From Eledone cirrhosa (taxonomy: Eukaryota): a DNA stretch of 64,000 nucleotides. The translations under genes and the position numbers were made by a program. Of the stretch, positions 1 through 13,430 are shown piece after piece. The notes under the pieces are model-generated. The model saw nothing but the letters and a program-made list of their open reading frames with translations. It was not told where the DNA came from and did not search any database. The DNA lies in contig OZ024751.1 of the NCBI GenBank assembly GCA_964016885.1, positions 4,030,001-4,094,000 on the forward strand, written 5' to 3'. The first letter of the stretch is position 1. Every line of letters starts with the position of its first letter.

Positions 1-447
1 ATTTACTAGTATAGAGAGAGAGGAAGAGGAATTAGAAAGTGAAGGGACAAACGGAATAGTATAGAGAGAGAGGAAGGGGAAGAAGAGTTAGGAAGTAGAG
101 TGACAAACTGAGATGGAGTGAGGGGTAGAGGTGGAAGGATTCTTTGATTAGTTTTGATATGTAGACTTCATGTGGGTGATTGTAGTGAGTTAAAGAGAAT
201 TAAATTGATCATAGTGGGAGGGATGGAGAGAGAGGGGGGGAGAGATAAAGATATATATATATATATAAAATAAAGATAAAAATAATAATGATAAAAATAA
301 AAGTAAAGAAGGGGGGGGGGGAGAAAGAAGAAAAGAAAAGATAGCCCAAAAGGGGAAGGAAGAAAGGAAGAAAACGAAAAGAAATAGAAGAGGAATGAAG
401 GAGAAGGGAGGGATATAGGTATTGGTTTTTGTGGGTAATTAAAGGGG

Positions 448-2465
448 TTAGATACAATGAGAGGGTATAAAGTCTAAGTATATGCAGTTTGTCAGTTGGT
501 AGTAAGAGCTTAAGGGTTCGATTTGCACTTGTAGTGCGAAAACTTTTCTATGGTTACAATAAATTGATCTTTCGATTTTATTGTTGAGTAACTTATTCTT
601 CGAACTCAAAATGTGGAACAGCTCAAGGTCACATAATCGACAGCTTCTCATACCACTCTGATATGGGGGCGCGTTTGATAATTTTTTCCACTTCAGGGTG
701 TATTGATGGTTACTTTCCCTCAGTTGCCAGGTCTTGTTTGCAAGGGTAGTTACATAACGATGCTGGGAATGTTTCATTGCGTAACGGTGTGTATACCAAC
801 AGGCTTTAAATGTATTTCCAGTTGCTCCGATGTAATACCATTTCTGGTTGTCTGATTCCACTGTGCATTGGTAAACCAGGTTAGACTGCATACATTCATT
901 ATGTAATGGACAGGTTTCAGGTCGGTGGCAGTTACAATTCTTGTCATGGGCAACTTTGGCATTATTGGTGGGCTGCGATGCCTGTACAGGTGTGTTACAT
1001 TTTGTTTGCCTATTAGTGGGTGGTTGTGTATTAGATATTCTGTTGTGTTCAATGGTGATTGTATTGTTATTGTTATAAATTTGTGTTCTGGTGTTGTTAT
1101 GTATCTTTTTAGCGTTAAGCATCTTAATGTGTGCCTCTATATTTGGTGCCGTGGAGTAAGATAGTCTAATAGATTTAGTGTTAAGGATTTTGCTGTATCT
1201 ATGTGAATCTGGAAAGTGTTTATTTATTATTCTAAAGAAGGTAGAGGGTAGGTTAGTACTAAGAGAGGTGTTAAATATGGGGTTATACCAAATATATTTT
1301 CTACTGCGTGACTTGTTTGATTTCGATGTATTTCTATTTACCGTATAATTTATAGTTCTATGCGTAAATGTGTGTGTGCGTGTTTCTGGAGTTTGTGTTA
1401 TGCGTGTTAGTGTGCGCTTTGCGGAGGCTTTCATCTATATATTCTACTCTATCTAAGTGGCCTGCCTTGTCTAGTGCAGTATTGTAGTATTCTGCATGTT
1501 CCTCGAAGATTTGTCGGTTAGACGAGAGGCGAGAGATCCTAAGGGATATGCTGCGTGGAATGGATTTAATTATGGATAGAGGGTGGTTTGAGTTACAGTT
1601 GATGTATGCTAAGTTTTCATTAATCTTGTGAAAAGGTCTTATTTAGGTTAAGCATCGCGTCTAGAAAGTTAACTGTTTTAGTGCTATACTCATACGTTAT
1701 GCTAAGGCCTAGTTTCCCTAGAGTCTTTCTAATATTCTTACGGAGTCTTTCTATGCTCTGGTTATTTAGGTTCTTAACTAGAAGAAGGGCGTTGTCTCTG
1801 TAGATTCCTCCGTGAAGGTCGCTAAACTCACTCTGTAAACTATGGACTATGTAAATACCTACTAAATCTGTGACTTGAGCTGAGTCGTTAGCCCCCATCG
1901 TGATGTCAAAGTTATTTAATCTATCCTTACATTCCCAATAGGTGTTTTCAAATTTAATTATTGTTTTCCTAGCAGCTAATATAATTTTTATCTCGTCGTC
2001 TGTTAGGTCAGAATTGGCTTAGGCGAATGCTAAGGCTTTATCCAAGGTGTTGGGGGATATAGAGGAGTAATAGTCGTTAATGTCAAATGTCAATATAAAC
2101 TTAGATACTATTTTGTTAGCTATATTGTTAAACCACTTAATTGTTTTGGTAGCATTACCCCATAGTTTAATCACTAGTTTATTCTTCATTTGTGCTATCA
2201 CTCTGTCTAATATATGTTTACTAATTTTCCCGATGTCCGATTTGGACGGGCATATAAGTCTAATTGTGGGGTTATAATCAAAATTTACCTTGTGGTCCTT
2301 GAGATTAAATGTGGGGGTACATGGCCTAAGTGGCTCCGTTCTGTTGTCTATTCCTAGGTGTTTGACTATATTGTGTGCCTCGTTGTTGATGTTTATCAGT
2401 GCCGCCTCATTAGTTTTTTTGTATTTCCTATGTAATTCTTTCCGTATGAAGCTATTGAACAACAA
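448..2465 (-). mobile_element. Penelope-like retroelement (RT plus C-terminal GIY-YIG endonuclease), disrupted
   Basis: Fragmented ORFs contain NLKDHK...RLICPSKSDIGKISK and TFDINDYYSSI (RT). They also contain MGANDSAQVTDLVG...GIYRDN (YRDD-like), a CNC-x4-CP-x4-C linker and VYQC...YYIGATGNTFK (GIY-YIG). Confidence 0.88.
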
Positions 2466-2794
2466 TTATCATTGAGTGGCTGCTATTTGCAGTATAGCAA
2501 TACAAGGTTGCACTTACCAATGAAACGGTCGTAAATCCTTCTCTTAATGCTTACCTGTGTTTTCTCTTTTATACTTTATATTCCAAGATTGAACGGAATT
2601 CTTACAAACTTGTGGAGTTACCCCTAACCGTACGTTGAAACCGTCCATGAAACTAGCTTTCTTAACCACGAACTGGATCACGATAAGCAATTTTCTGCTT
2701 CCCTAACTATATATATATGTGTGTATATATATATGTGTATATATATGTATATACATATAAATACATATATATATACATATATATATATACAGAT

Positions 2795-3375
2795 ATGAAG
2801 GATGACAGCTGTATAATAAGGTGCAGAGCCCTCAAAGTCGATGGAAACATGTGGTGTGGGTAGGCCTAGGAAGACTTGGGATGAGGTAATAAAAGCTGAC
2901 CTTGCACAATTACACCTCTCAAAGGCAAAGACTCAGGACCGCGACCTCTGGTGCTATGCAGTTTTATGGAAGTCCCTTCCTCTATTATTCTCGGGATGAG
3001 GCTTATACCTAGTAGGCAACACCATCCTCGACCTGCTAACCCCTCTCATCACCTCCCTTAGCGGTAACCATACCTCCCCTACAATCCTGTCAACATCTTT
3101 TCCCCCAAGCCCCTCCACTCTCCATAGTCCCCACTGTGTCCACACTGTAAAGAACATCCAGCCCACACTGTAAAGTGATCGTGTAGGTGTCACAACAAAA
3201 AGCACCCAGCACACACTGTAAATGTGATTGGCGTTAGGAAGGGCATCCAGCCATATAAAACCAGCCAGAAACTCATCTATATGAGCGAGACATGGTCACC
3301 CGACCCAATTTGCCTCTAATTGGGACAAACACGTCTAGCGTAAAAGATAGATGTTAATCGACGATGATGATAATG
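2795..3375 (+). mobile_element. RTE LINE 3' fragment with 3' UTR
   Basis: Encodes MKDDSCI...GRPRKTWDEVIKADL. Followed by cacccagc/cacactgtaaa UTR repeats and a (gat)n tail. Confidence 0.8.
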
Positions 3376-3501
3376 AGATATATATATACATCATCATCAT
3401 CATCATCATCATTTTACGATGATGATGATGATGATGATGTATATATATATACTTATACATACATTATGATGATGATATATATATATATACTCATACATAC
3501 A

Positions 3502-5333
3502 TTAGCTGCTGAGATGCTGAACGCATCTGGGTCAGTAGATCACACCATAACCACACGTATTGTTAACCAAGTAATACTAGAGAGCGTCATACCAAAGGAT
3601 TTGGCGCAGCAGCATCATTGTCAACTGCTACAAGGGTAAAGGTGATGCACTAGATAGAGGAAACTATAGAGGTATAAAGCTGATGGACCAGGTCATGAAA
3701 GTAATGGAAAGAGTTATAGCACAGCTGATTAGGGACCGCGTACATCTAGATGAGATGCAGTTTGGGTTTGTGCAAGGCAAAATCACCACTGATGCCCTTT
3801 TTCTTGTGAGGAAGTTACAGGAAAAGTACCAAGCTAAAAGTAAGCCTCTCTACCTGGCGTTTGTCAATCTGGAAAAAGCCTTCGACAGAGTGCCCCTGCT
3901 ATAGTTTGGTGGACTCTTAGAAAACTAGGAGTAGATGAATGGCTTCTGAAGGCTGTACAAGCCATGTATAGGGGAGCAGTCAGCAAAGTTAGGGTTAACA
4001 ATGACTATAGCGAGGAATTTAGCATACAGGTCGGTGTCTACCAGGGCTCTGTTCTTAGCCTGCTCCTGTTTATTATAGTTTTGCAGGCTATAACAGAGGA
4101 GTTTAAGACCAGATGCCCATGGGAACTTCTGTAAGTGGAGGATCTTACACTTATAGCTGAATCTATGGTGGAACTAGAAAAGAAATTCCAAACATGAAAG
4201 CAGGGACCAGGAAGAAGGGATCTCAAGGTGAACTAAGGTCCTCATAAGTAGACAAGAAAACAGAACCCAGATCCTCTCAGGGAAATGGCCTTGCTCGGTA
4301 AGTAGGAAAGGTGTAGGTAGGAATTCCATCCTCTGCCCCAAATGCAAACTATGGGTACACAAGAGATGTAGTGAGATCTCAGAAAGTCTAGTTAAGAATG
4401 TAGGCTTAACATGTAGCAGTTGCACCAGGACAGTAAGCAGCAAACGGCCACTGGAAACAAGCACTACCAAATTCTGGGAGGGCTCTGTAGAAACAGTAGA
4501 CAGCTTCTGCTACCTAGGTGACCAAATTAGCAGCGGAGGTGGGTGTTCTGAAAGTACAGTAACGAGGGTAAGAATGGGATGGAAAAGGCTTTTCCCTCAA
4601 AATGAAAGGCAGACTGTATGATGCGTGCATATGAACAGCAATGTTACATGGTAGAGGGCGTTGTGTGTAGAAGACTTGTGTAGATTAGAAAGAAGCGAAG
4701 CTTGCATGCTCCAATGGATGTGTAATAATAATGTATGCGAACAGCAAAGCATAAAGAAATTGAGAGAGAGACTAAGCATAAGAGGAATCAAATGCCATGT
4801 GCAGGAGAGGAGGTTGCATTGGTATGGACATGTGATGCGTATGAAGGATGACAGTTGCATAAAAAGGTGCAGAGTACTAAAATCGATGGAAGCCTTGGAG
4901 TGGGGGAGACCCAAGAAGACCTGGGATGAGGTCATAAAAGTTGACCTTGCTCAAATGCACCTCTCAAAGGTGATGACACAGGACCTAGACCTCTGGCGTT
5001 ACGCAGTAATACTGAAGACCTGAGTTTCCACAGGTACAAGCCAAAGCTGAAGCATATAAAGAGTACGCCACCACCCTCTTCCCACTGTAAAGTGGTTGTG
5101 TAGGTGTCACGACAAAAATCACCCAGCCCACACTGTAAAGTGGTTGTGTAGGCACCATCTTAAAAACACCCAGTACTCACTGTTAATGAGGTTGGTATTA
5201 GAAGGGGCATCCAGCTGTAGAAATCAAGCCAAAATCAGTTCCATATGAGCAAGACCTGGTCAGCTGACCTAGCATTGCTCACAATAGGAATACCTGTCTA
5301 ACCCATGCTGGCGTGGAAGAACGGACATAATGA
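3502..5333 (+). mobile_element. 5'-truncated, decayed RTE LINE
   Basis: RT motifs QFGFV and LAFVNLEKAFDRVP, a Cys-rich insert, WYGHVMRM...GRPKKTW and the family 3' UTR. Many stops and frameshifts. Confidence 0.9.
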
Positions 5334-5559
5334 TCGAACCTGACTCTGAAATCACAAGGTCCTCAGATACGTCTCGATTCTTCGAAGCAGAGTTTCCTTT
5401 GGAAACTCTGCTTCGAAGAATCGATTGTAATTTGTCTAATAAATTTTATTCGTCGCACCACTGATTCTCCGTTTCTTATGTGATATTATACTCTGCTCTG
5501 TAAAAGCATTGAGTGCTCAAACAACCTACCGCATATGGATGCTTTAAGCATCCCACACA

Positions 5560-5562
5560 AAT

Positions 5563-5598
<36 letters not shown>

Positions 5599-5638
5599 AT
5601 ACATATATATATATACATATATCTATATATATACATAC

Positions 5639-5669
<31 letters not shown>

Positions 5670-5750
5670 CATATATATATATATTTATATATATATACAT
5701 ATATATATATATTTATATATATATACATATATATATACATATATATATAC

Positions 5751-5781
<31 letters not shown>

Positions 5782-5869
5782 CATATATATATATACATAT
5801 ATATATACATATATATATATATACATAAATATATCTACACATATATATATATATATACATAAATATATC

Positions 5870-5932
<63 letters not shown>
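5560..5932. repeat. (TA)n/(TACA) microsatellite
   Basis: Visible dinucleotide array; the overlapping ORFs are artefacts. Confidence 0.97.
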
Positions 5933-5936
<4 letters not shown>

Positions 5937-5977
5937 CAGAATATTAAAAAATGAAGACATTCACATAATCAATATAT

Positions 5978-6045
5978 ATGTTTTATTATATATATTTCGA
6001 AGGTACTGTGCTGTTTTTTCAGTACGTCCTCGTCAGATAAAATAC
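5978..6045 (-). ncRNA. Minimal type I hammerhead ribozyme
   Basis: Minus strand reads tattttat CTGACGA GGACGTACTG-loop-CAGTACCTTC GAAA TATATA TA ataaaaca. Stem I pairs and stem III is palindromic. Confidence 0.8.
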
Positions 6046-6229
6046 ATGAATTGATGTATGACATACCTCAATGTTCTTGATGGTTCGATTCCAGTATTGG
6101 AATTGAACCATCAAGACCATTGAGGTATGTTTTCAGCACAGTACCTTCGAAATATATATAATAAAACATATATATTAATTATGTGAATGTCTTCATTGAG
6201 TAATCAATGAACCATATTAATCTTTGGTC

Positions 6230-6269
<40 letters not shown>

Positions 6270-6282
<13 letters not shown>

Positions 6283-9200
6283 AATGCAAGCTTACGATTC
6301 TGTGTGTCCGCCTAAAACTAGCAAACTACCGGACCAAACTCCTCAAAATTACATGTACATATTCACTATACACTCAGACAGGTAACAGTCGAAAAAATTT
6401 TACTTTGCAAAGCAAGGAATTCATTTAAATTCAATTTATCTTATTTTCTAATGAATATAAAAAGAGATCATCCATTTTTTTTTTTTTATGTTCTCCAGTC
6501 TGTAGATCAGAGAGTGTGGGGTGGGAGAGAGAAAGAGAGAGAGATTGGGAGAGAGAGTAAGAGGATGAGAGAGAAAGAGACAGAGTGAGTGGATGGGAGA
6601 GAGTAAGGGGATGTGAAAGAGAAAGAAAGAGAGTAAGGGGATGAGAGAGAAAGATGATGAAAGAGAGAGAGGAAAAGTAATCAGCGTTCTTAACTTTTAT
6701 TTATTTATTATTTTTACACAATTTTTAACTCTCCCGCTTCCTTAACGTTATTTATCTTTTCTTTATTTTTGTTCTCTATTCTGTAGAGAGAGGGGGGATG
6801 TGAGAGAGAAAAAGAGAGAGAGAGAGTAATGGGATGGGAGAGAGAGAGAGGGAAAGTAGCAAGCGTTCATTAACTTTTATTTATTTATTATTTTTACACA
6901 CTTCTTAACTCTCCCAATGTTATTTATCTTTTATTTATTTTTTGTTTGCTATTGTGTAGAGGATGACAGAGAGAAAGAAAGAGAGGAGATGAGAAAGAGA
7001 AAGGGAGTGAGGCGGATGGGGAGAGAAAGACAATAAGAAAAGAGAAAAGATGGGAGAGAGAAAAAAGTAAAGAGGCAGGAGAGAGGGAGGGTGATTGGAG
7101 GGATTATTTAATTAACGTGTGTCCGCATTTATATGTATATTTACACACGCATATGTGTTATGCGGAAGGGAGGGGGGGCGTTCTTTAGCAGACGATATAT
7201 GTTACCATCAAAGCTTATTTTCTACATATGTCTAAAGAAATCACAGATGTTTTTATAGAAGTTGTATATATGTATGTATTTAACAGAACAAAAAAAAAAA
7301 GCGGTACTTTTAAAAGATATTATTTGAATATATTATTTTTCGCTGTTATTTGAATTAACACAGAAAATTTTTTTTTTTTTTTTATTGTAGTGTTTGTCGT
7401 TTTTTGGGTGGGAGTTGGATAAAAAATGATAATTTTAGAATACAATCTGAAATCTCAATAGTTTCTACATATGTCTAAAATTAATTACACCCAATATACA
7501 TTCATATAAAGAGATCATTTAAAACAACTTTACTGAGTGAACAATACATTCTATAGTTGTTTCTATTTCGGAAAGAGTGTGGTGTGTAATAATTGTTTCT
7601 ACTTTTGGCACAAGGCCAGCAATTATTCCAGTGCATTACTGGTACTTTATTTTATCGTGTGGTGTGTAATAATATCACTTCAAATGCTTAGAAAACGTTC
7701 CATATCATTATATGGAAGGTCATCTTTAGAGGCTAAGAGAAAGAAAACACAGCAATCTGAAGAAAGTGAAGAAGTTTGGCATCCCCGTCTAGCTGCTAAC
7801 AGAGCCCAAACAGCTTTAGCGCGAGCACACCGTTTGGATGAAAGGGAACAAAGGACTGCTGCTACACGAGAACAGCAAATTAAGGAACAGTAGCAAATCA
7901 GACGAAATGCTAATCAAGCACATCGTTCTACTGCCCGAGCAGGAGAACAAGCCATAAGTAAAATGAACTGGCTCATGGGTGCTTTTTCTTTATGACCCCC
8001 AAAAGGACTACAGCAGTAATCCACAAATCAACATTGGGAAAAGGAACAAATGCTACCAGTATTGTGGTGCCAAGAAGTGGGTAGCAGAAACACCAAGTCT
8101 ATGCTGCTCAAAAGGAAAAGTGAGCCTTAAAACAATACAAGAACCTCCTGAATTTCTGAAGAATCTGCTCCTTCAATATATACCAGAAGCACGACACTTC
8201 AATAAATACATCATAAAATATAATTCTGCCTTTCAAATGACATCTTTTGGGGCTGACAGGAATGTGACTGACTTTAGATTCTGTACAACTTATAAAATTC
8301 AGGGACAGTGTTACCACTTAATGGGTGGCCTTCTGCCACTTTCACAGGAGCCTCACAAATTTGTGCAGGTTTACTTCATGAGTGGAAATGAAACACAGAC
8401 ACAACAAAGATGCTACGGCAGATCAGCCCAGGAACGGGACAAGAAACTGGCCGATCAATCAGCTGCAAAGAATTCTATGCTTAACATTTCATGGTACATG
8501 ATCACTTCAACCAAGTTCTGCGATTCAAAGAAGTAACCAGCCAGTTCATGGTGGACATGTATGCCAAAATTGAAACAGAAAGATTGGGTTTTCTGCGAAG
8601 GAATCAAACTAAGTTGAGGGCAGATAACTACATCCACCTTAAATATGCCATCAATTCTGATGCTGACCCAAGAAATATTGGCCAGCCAGTCATACTACCA
8701 TCAAGCTTCACGGGAGGACCACGTTACATGCATGAACGTACGCAAGATGCAATGGCCTATGTCAGAAAATTTGGTCGGCCATATCTCTTCATTACATTTA
8801 CATGCAATTCAAAATGGTCAGAAATATCAAATGAATTATTTAAAAATCAAAAACCAAAGGATCAACATGACCTCATTGCTCGGGTTTCCCATGAAAAGCA
8901 AAATAAAACTCATCTGACTCCTAAAAGAAGGAAGAATCTTTGGTGAGCTTAGTGCTTGGATGATCACTATTGAGTGGCAGACGAGAAGTCTTCCTCACTC
9001 TCACACACTAATCTGGTGCAAGGAGAAGATAAGACCAGATGATGTTGATAAGATCATTTCAGCAGAGTTGCCTGATAAAGGTGGTGATCCAGAGCTCTTT
9101 GAAACCATCAAGTCCAAACTTATTCATGGTCCATGTGGAGTCATCAATCCAGCCTCTCCCTGCATGAAAGATAAAAAATGCAGCAAACATTATCCCAGAG

Positions 9201-11906
9201 CTTTTATTCGGGAAACTCGGACTGACAATAATGGATACCCCATTTATCGTAGGCGTAGACCAGAACATGGAGGCAATACTGCAAGCCTAACAGTTCGAGG
9301 AGCGGAGCTGACCACAAACAAACAGTGGGTCGTCCCACACAACAAATTGTTGTGTAAACTTTTAAAAGCTCATATCAATGTTGAGTATTGCAGCTCCGTC
9401 AAGGCAATCCTATATGTCACAAAATATATCAACAAGGGCAGAGACATGGCTACCTTTATTACTGACAAAGATGCCAGAGCCAGATGAAGAAATGGAGGTA
9501 GCACAAGACATTTTTCAGGAGACAAACTAAGATATTCAAGCATTGCGTAAGTTTGTGGATGAAAATGAACCTCGATTGATGGATGACCAGAAATATGCCT
9601 ACCACAACATCATCGAAAACATTCAAAATGACAGGGGAGGACTTTTCTTCATCGATGCTCCTGCTGGCACAGGCAAGACATTCCTCATAAACCTCCTGCT
9701 TGCAAAAGTTCGCCAAAAGCAACATATTGCCCTTGCTGTGGCTTCAAGTAGCATTGCAGCAACACTTCTGGATGGAGGAAGAACTGCACACTCCATGTTT
9801 AAGCTGCCCATAGAGCTCACACGGCATGAACAATCTTTTTGCAACATCATGAAGAACTCACCCAAGGGCAAGCTTCTGCAAACATGCAAGATGATAATTT
9901 GGGATGAAGCTACTATGAGGCATAAAGGAGCAATTGAAGCTTTGGACCGGACGATAAGGGATCTGAGAGAAAATAGTTGCATAATGGGATGAGTGACAAT
10001 GGTTCTTGCTGGTGATTTCAGACAAACTCTGCCTGTAATTCTTCGAGGGACTTGAGCTGATCAGGTCAATGCCTGTCTGAAAACATCCTATCTCTGGCCC
10101 TGCTTTCAGCTGCTGAGCCTTACAACCAACATGCGAGTGCATTTAACTGATGACGAAGGTGTCAGTGAGTTTGCCATCCAACTACTTAAATTGGGAAATG
10201 AACTTCTTGAAAAGGACTCCAATTCAGTTGTCATTTGGCCATATCATTGACACAGAACAAGAACAGATTGCCAGAGTGTTTCCTTACATTCAGACCAGGC
10301 AATGTGATCCGAAATGGCTCTGTGAATGAGCAATCTTACTAAGCACCTAAAAATGTTGCTGTGAAAGAAATCAACAGAAGGCTGCTGGAGATGTTACCGA
10401 GAGAGAAAATATGCTACAAATCAGTTGACACAATCACTTCTCAAGACCAGGTTGTAAACTATCCAACTTAATTTTTAAACAGTCTTGAACGAGCAGGAAT
10501 TCTCCCACACAACCTAATACTGAAGCTTGGAGCATCGGTTATGCTACTTCGCAATCTGGATCCTCCAAAACTTTGTAATGGCACAAGACTCATCATCAAA
10601 AATATGATGTCCAATGTTCTAGAAGTTGCAATCATGTCAGGAAAATTTGCTGGTGACAATTGTTTCATTCCCAGAATACTTCTGAAGCCAACTGAGTTGC
10701 CATTTGAATTTCAAAGACTTCAATTTCAAGACTCCAATCAGGCTCAGTTTTGCCATGACCATTAATAAATCTCAAGGGCAATCATTGAAAGTCGTTGGCT
10801 TGAATCTGGCAGATCCTGTCTTTTCGCATGGTCAACTCTATGTTGGCACAACAAGGGTTGGGAACACTGATTGTCTCTTCATTGTGGAACCACAGGGCAA
10901 AACCAAGAATGTTGTTTATCCAGAGGCTTTGGAATGAGCAATGTCGTAATTCCTCATTCAATGACAATACACACAGATCCTAATTCCTTAGTCATGTAGT
11001 TTGCAAGGAATTCTGAAGCCGCAAATTTACTGCATGGTGTTACTTTGGAAGAATATGCAGGCATTCCCGAGTACCTCTGCTATATAAAGTAGTATAAGTG
11101 AGGACTTTGTTGGGTAGAAATAGAAGCCAAATTTCCTTCAAATCCCACCTTACTTTCTCAGGTATGTATATATGTATGAAGCAAAAAGGAATGGTTCTAT
11201 GTGATAACTCGATCTACTAGAAATATTAGCAAAATACATTTCAAATCACACATAACTGTCTTACACACATACATGTGTGTGTATGTATCTATGTATGTCA
11301 TGTGAGCCACTATAACTGTTGGTAGAGCTAATAGAAATAGAAAACAAATCTCCCTCAACCAAATCCTACTGCCATAGAGGTAAAGATTGGTGAAAGCTAC
11401 AGTGTACAAATTTAAATACACTTTCTCCGAATTACAGAAATGAGTAAGTAAATGCTTCATTCAATCATAAACCAATGCTAAATTTATTTTCTTATTTTAG
11501 TTATGGTTTTTAAAATAGTCTTTACATGTTGTTTGAATTTCAGAGGTTCAGATTGAGCAAACCAAAAAATGAAAAAAGAAAGAAAAGGATAAATTAAAAA
11601 AATCTAAATGTATTTTTTTGGTCATGCCCTTTTCACTGACAACATACCTAATGATTCATCTATGGAGTAAAGCATTATATATGCTTACTGTAATAGGGAG
11701 CAGTATTCAAAAAATCACCACTGGCCAAAACTAATATTTTTATCTAGATGATTTACTTTGACCAAACGGCAATAAATATTCTGCTATAATTCCTACTTTG
11801 GTTAAAATTCAGCAATCATATTTGAATGGTCAAATATTTTGTAATGTGTGCCAAATATATTGTAACTTTCATAAAATACCCGTGTATCACCGGGTAGCTC
11901 AGCTAG
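6270..11906 (+). mobile_element. Helitron, near full-length with decayed RepHel
   Basis: 5' end is tatataaatgcaag...ctgtgtgtccgc, with the TC lost in (TA)n. 3' hairpin tacccg-tgtatcac-cgggta (11877-11896) is followed by CTAG|T at 11903-11907. Confidence 0.9.
7684..10937 (+). pseudogene. Helitron Rep/helicase (HUH endonuclease plus Pif1-like SF1 helicase), frameshifted with internal deletions
   Basis: Zn motif C..CGAKKW...CCSKG. Rep motifs FITFTCN, IEWQTRSLPHSH and YVTKYINKG. Helicase motifs [40 protein letters not shown] and FSHGQLYV. Confidence 0.93.
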
Positions 11907-12293
11907 TATATATATAAACTATAATAAAGTAAGAAGTGTGGGACTGCATACGGTTTCATCATCATCATCATCATCATCATCATTTTACGTCCGCTTTTCC
12001 CTTGATCATCCTATCGCTTTCTCTTGATCATTAGCAGCTTCTCTTACTATTAATACATACCAATGCTTACGCACGTGCTCAAGTATAGCTCTTTTTACAA
12101 AATGTTTATTTTTTCCATTTCAGGTAGTCGCACGCCATCATCCACTTTTCTAAAAAGCAAATCATACACAAAACGCCAGCACCAACAGTTTTGAAAGAGA
12201 TGTCAACATGAATGGACCTGTTATTTTTATCTAAAGACATTTTTTCCAATTCCATTCCGCCCGTCCCCTCAATCTATTTTATTTCTCATTCTT

Positions 12294-12329
12294 TCTTCTA
12301 ATGAAGGACTAGCGTCCGAAACGTTAAGA
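12294..12329 (+). ncRNA. Minimal hammerhead ribozyme with mutated core (CUAAUGA)
   Basis: tctt CTAATGA A GGAC-tagc-GTCC GAAA CG TT aaga. Confidence 0.6.
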
Positions 12330-12624
12330 CCCTCTTCCTGCTATATCAAACGTTAACCTAATATATACCTTCCATATACTGTACTGATTGTGTTGTTATT
12401 TCTGTATACCTTTTACATACACATGTATATATATATATATATATAATAAACCTCCATGTATCTTTCTATACATAATTTTTAGTTAAATTTATTGATTATC
12501 ATTTATTTTGAACTATGAATAATCAATGCATTTACACCCTGTTATATATAGGTATATTTAGCATGCCTAAATCTATTATTTTATTTTTATTTTCGTTATC
12601 ATTTACCTAAAATATACAGGCTCA

Positions 12625-12698
<74 letters not shown>

Positions 12699-13290
12699 GT
12701 TATTTAAATATTTCTAACAATAAATACTTCATAAGATTTACATACCATATATGTTGACAATGATTATCTCCGGTAAAGCTTACATTTAGAAAAATATTCG
12801 ACAGTGTAAATTTTCCTTACCGCCGGCCAGCTAAATCCTTTAAAAGTTATCCTCATAAAATTCCAAAGTTTAGAAATGTTAAAACACTTATTGAATTTAC
12901 AAAACTAATAAATAACCAGCAATTTAAAAAAAAAACCTAAAATCTTGATTCTTCACCTTAAAATAGCATAAATTAAATATTTTCAAACTTAACCGTTTAA
13001 CTTTCGGGAAATCTCCTACATATATTACCACTTATCTTCCCTCTCTCTATATATCCTATCCCAGTGGCTCTCATTGACCGCTTTCCCTGATAAATTGTAG
13101 TTTCATACATTTTAAAATCTCTATAACTGTTACATTAAGCAACGTTTTTCTTACTCACACATTCTCTATTGAATTTATTACGTTTTCGCATTTTCTCATT
13201 ATTAGGGTATAAATATTAAACTTTCTCTTAGGTTAATCACTACCTTGATTAAATCTTAACCATTTAACATCTCAGGGTATGTCATGTATC

Positions 13291-13353
13291 ATTATATTTT
13301 GTCTGATGAGGACGTACTGTTGTACATCCGAAATATGTATAATAAAATATAAT
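13291..13353 (+). ncRNA. Minimal type I hammerhead ribozyme
   Basis: attatattttgt CTGATGA GGACGTAC-tgtt-GTACATCC GAAA TATGTA TA ataaaatataat. Stem I is 12 bp and the core is intact. Confidence 0.88.
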
Positions 13354-13390
13354 TGATCAAAAGAACATCTATTTTATTAATATTTATATT

Positions 13391-13429
<39 letters not shown>

Positions 13430-13430
<1 letters not shown>

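Noticed and set aside
5513-5947. IY/HT/VC-rich ORFs here and at 22742-24202, 46052-46417 and 49524-50443
   Set aside because: These are translations of (TA)n and (TG)n microsatellites.
9623-9982. Antisense ORFs over Helitron, RTE and Tx1 coding regions
   Set aside because: These are shadow frames of the transposon genes.
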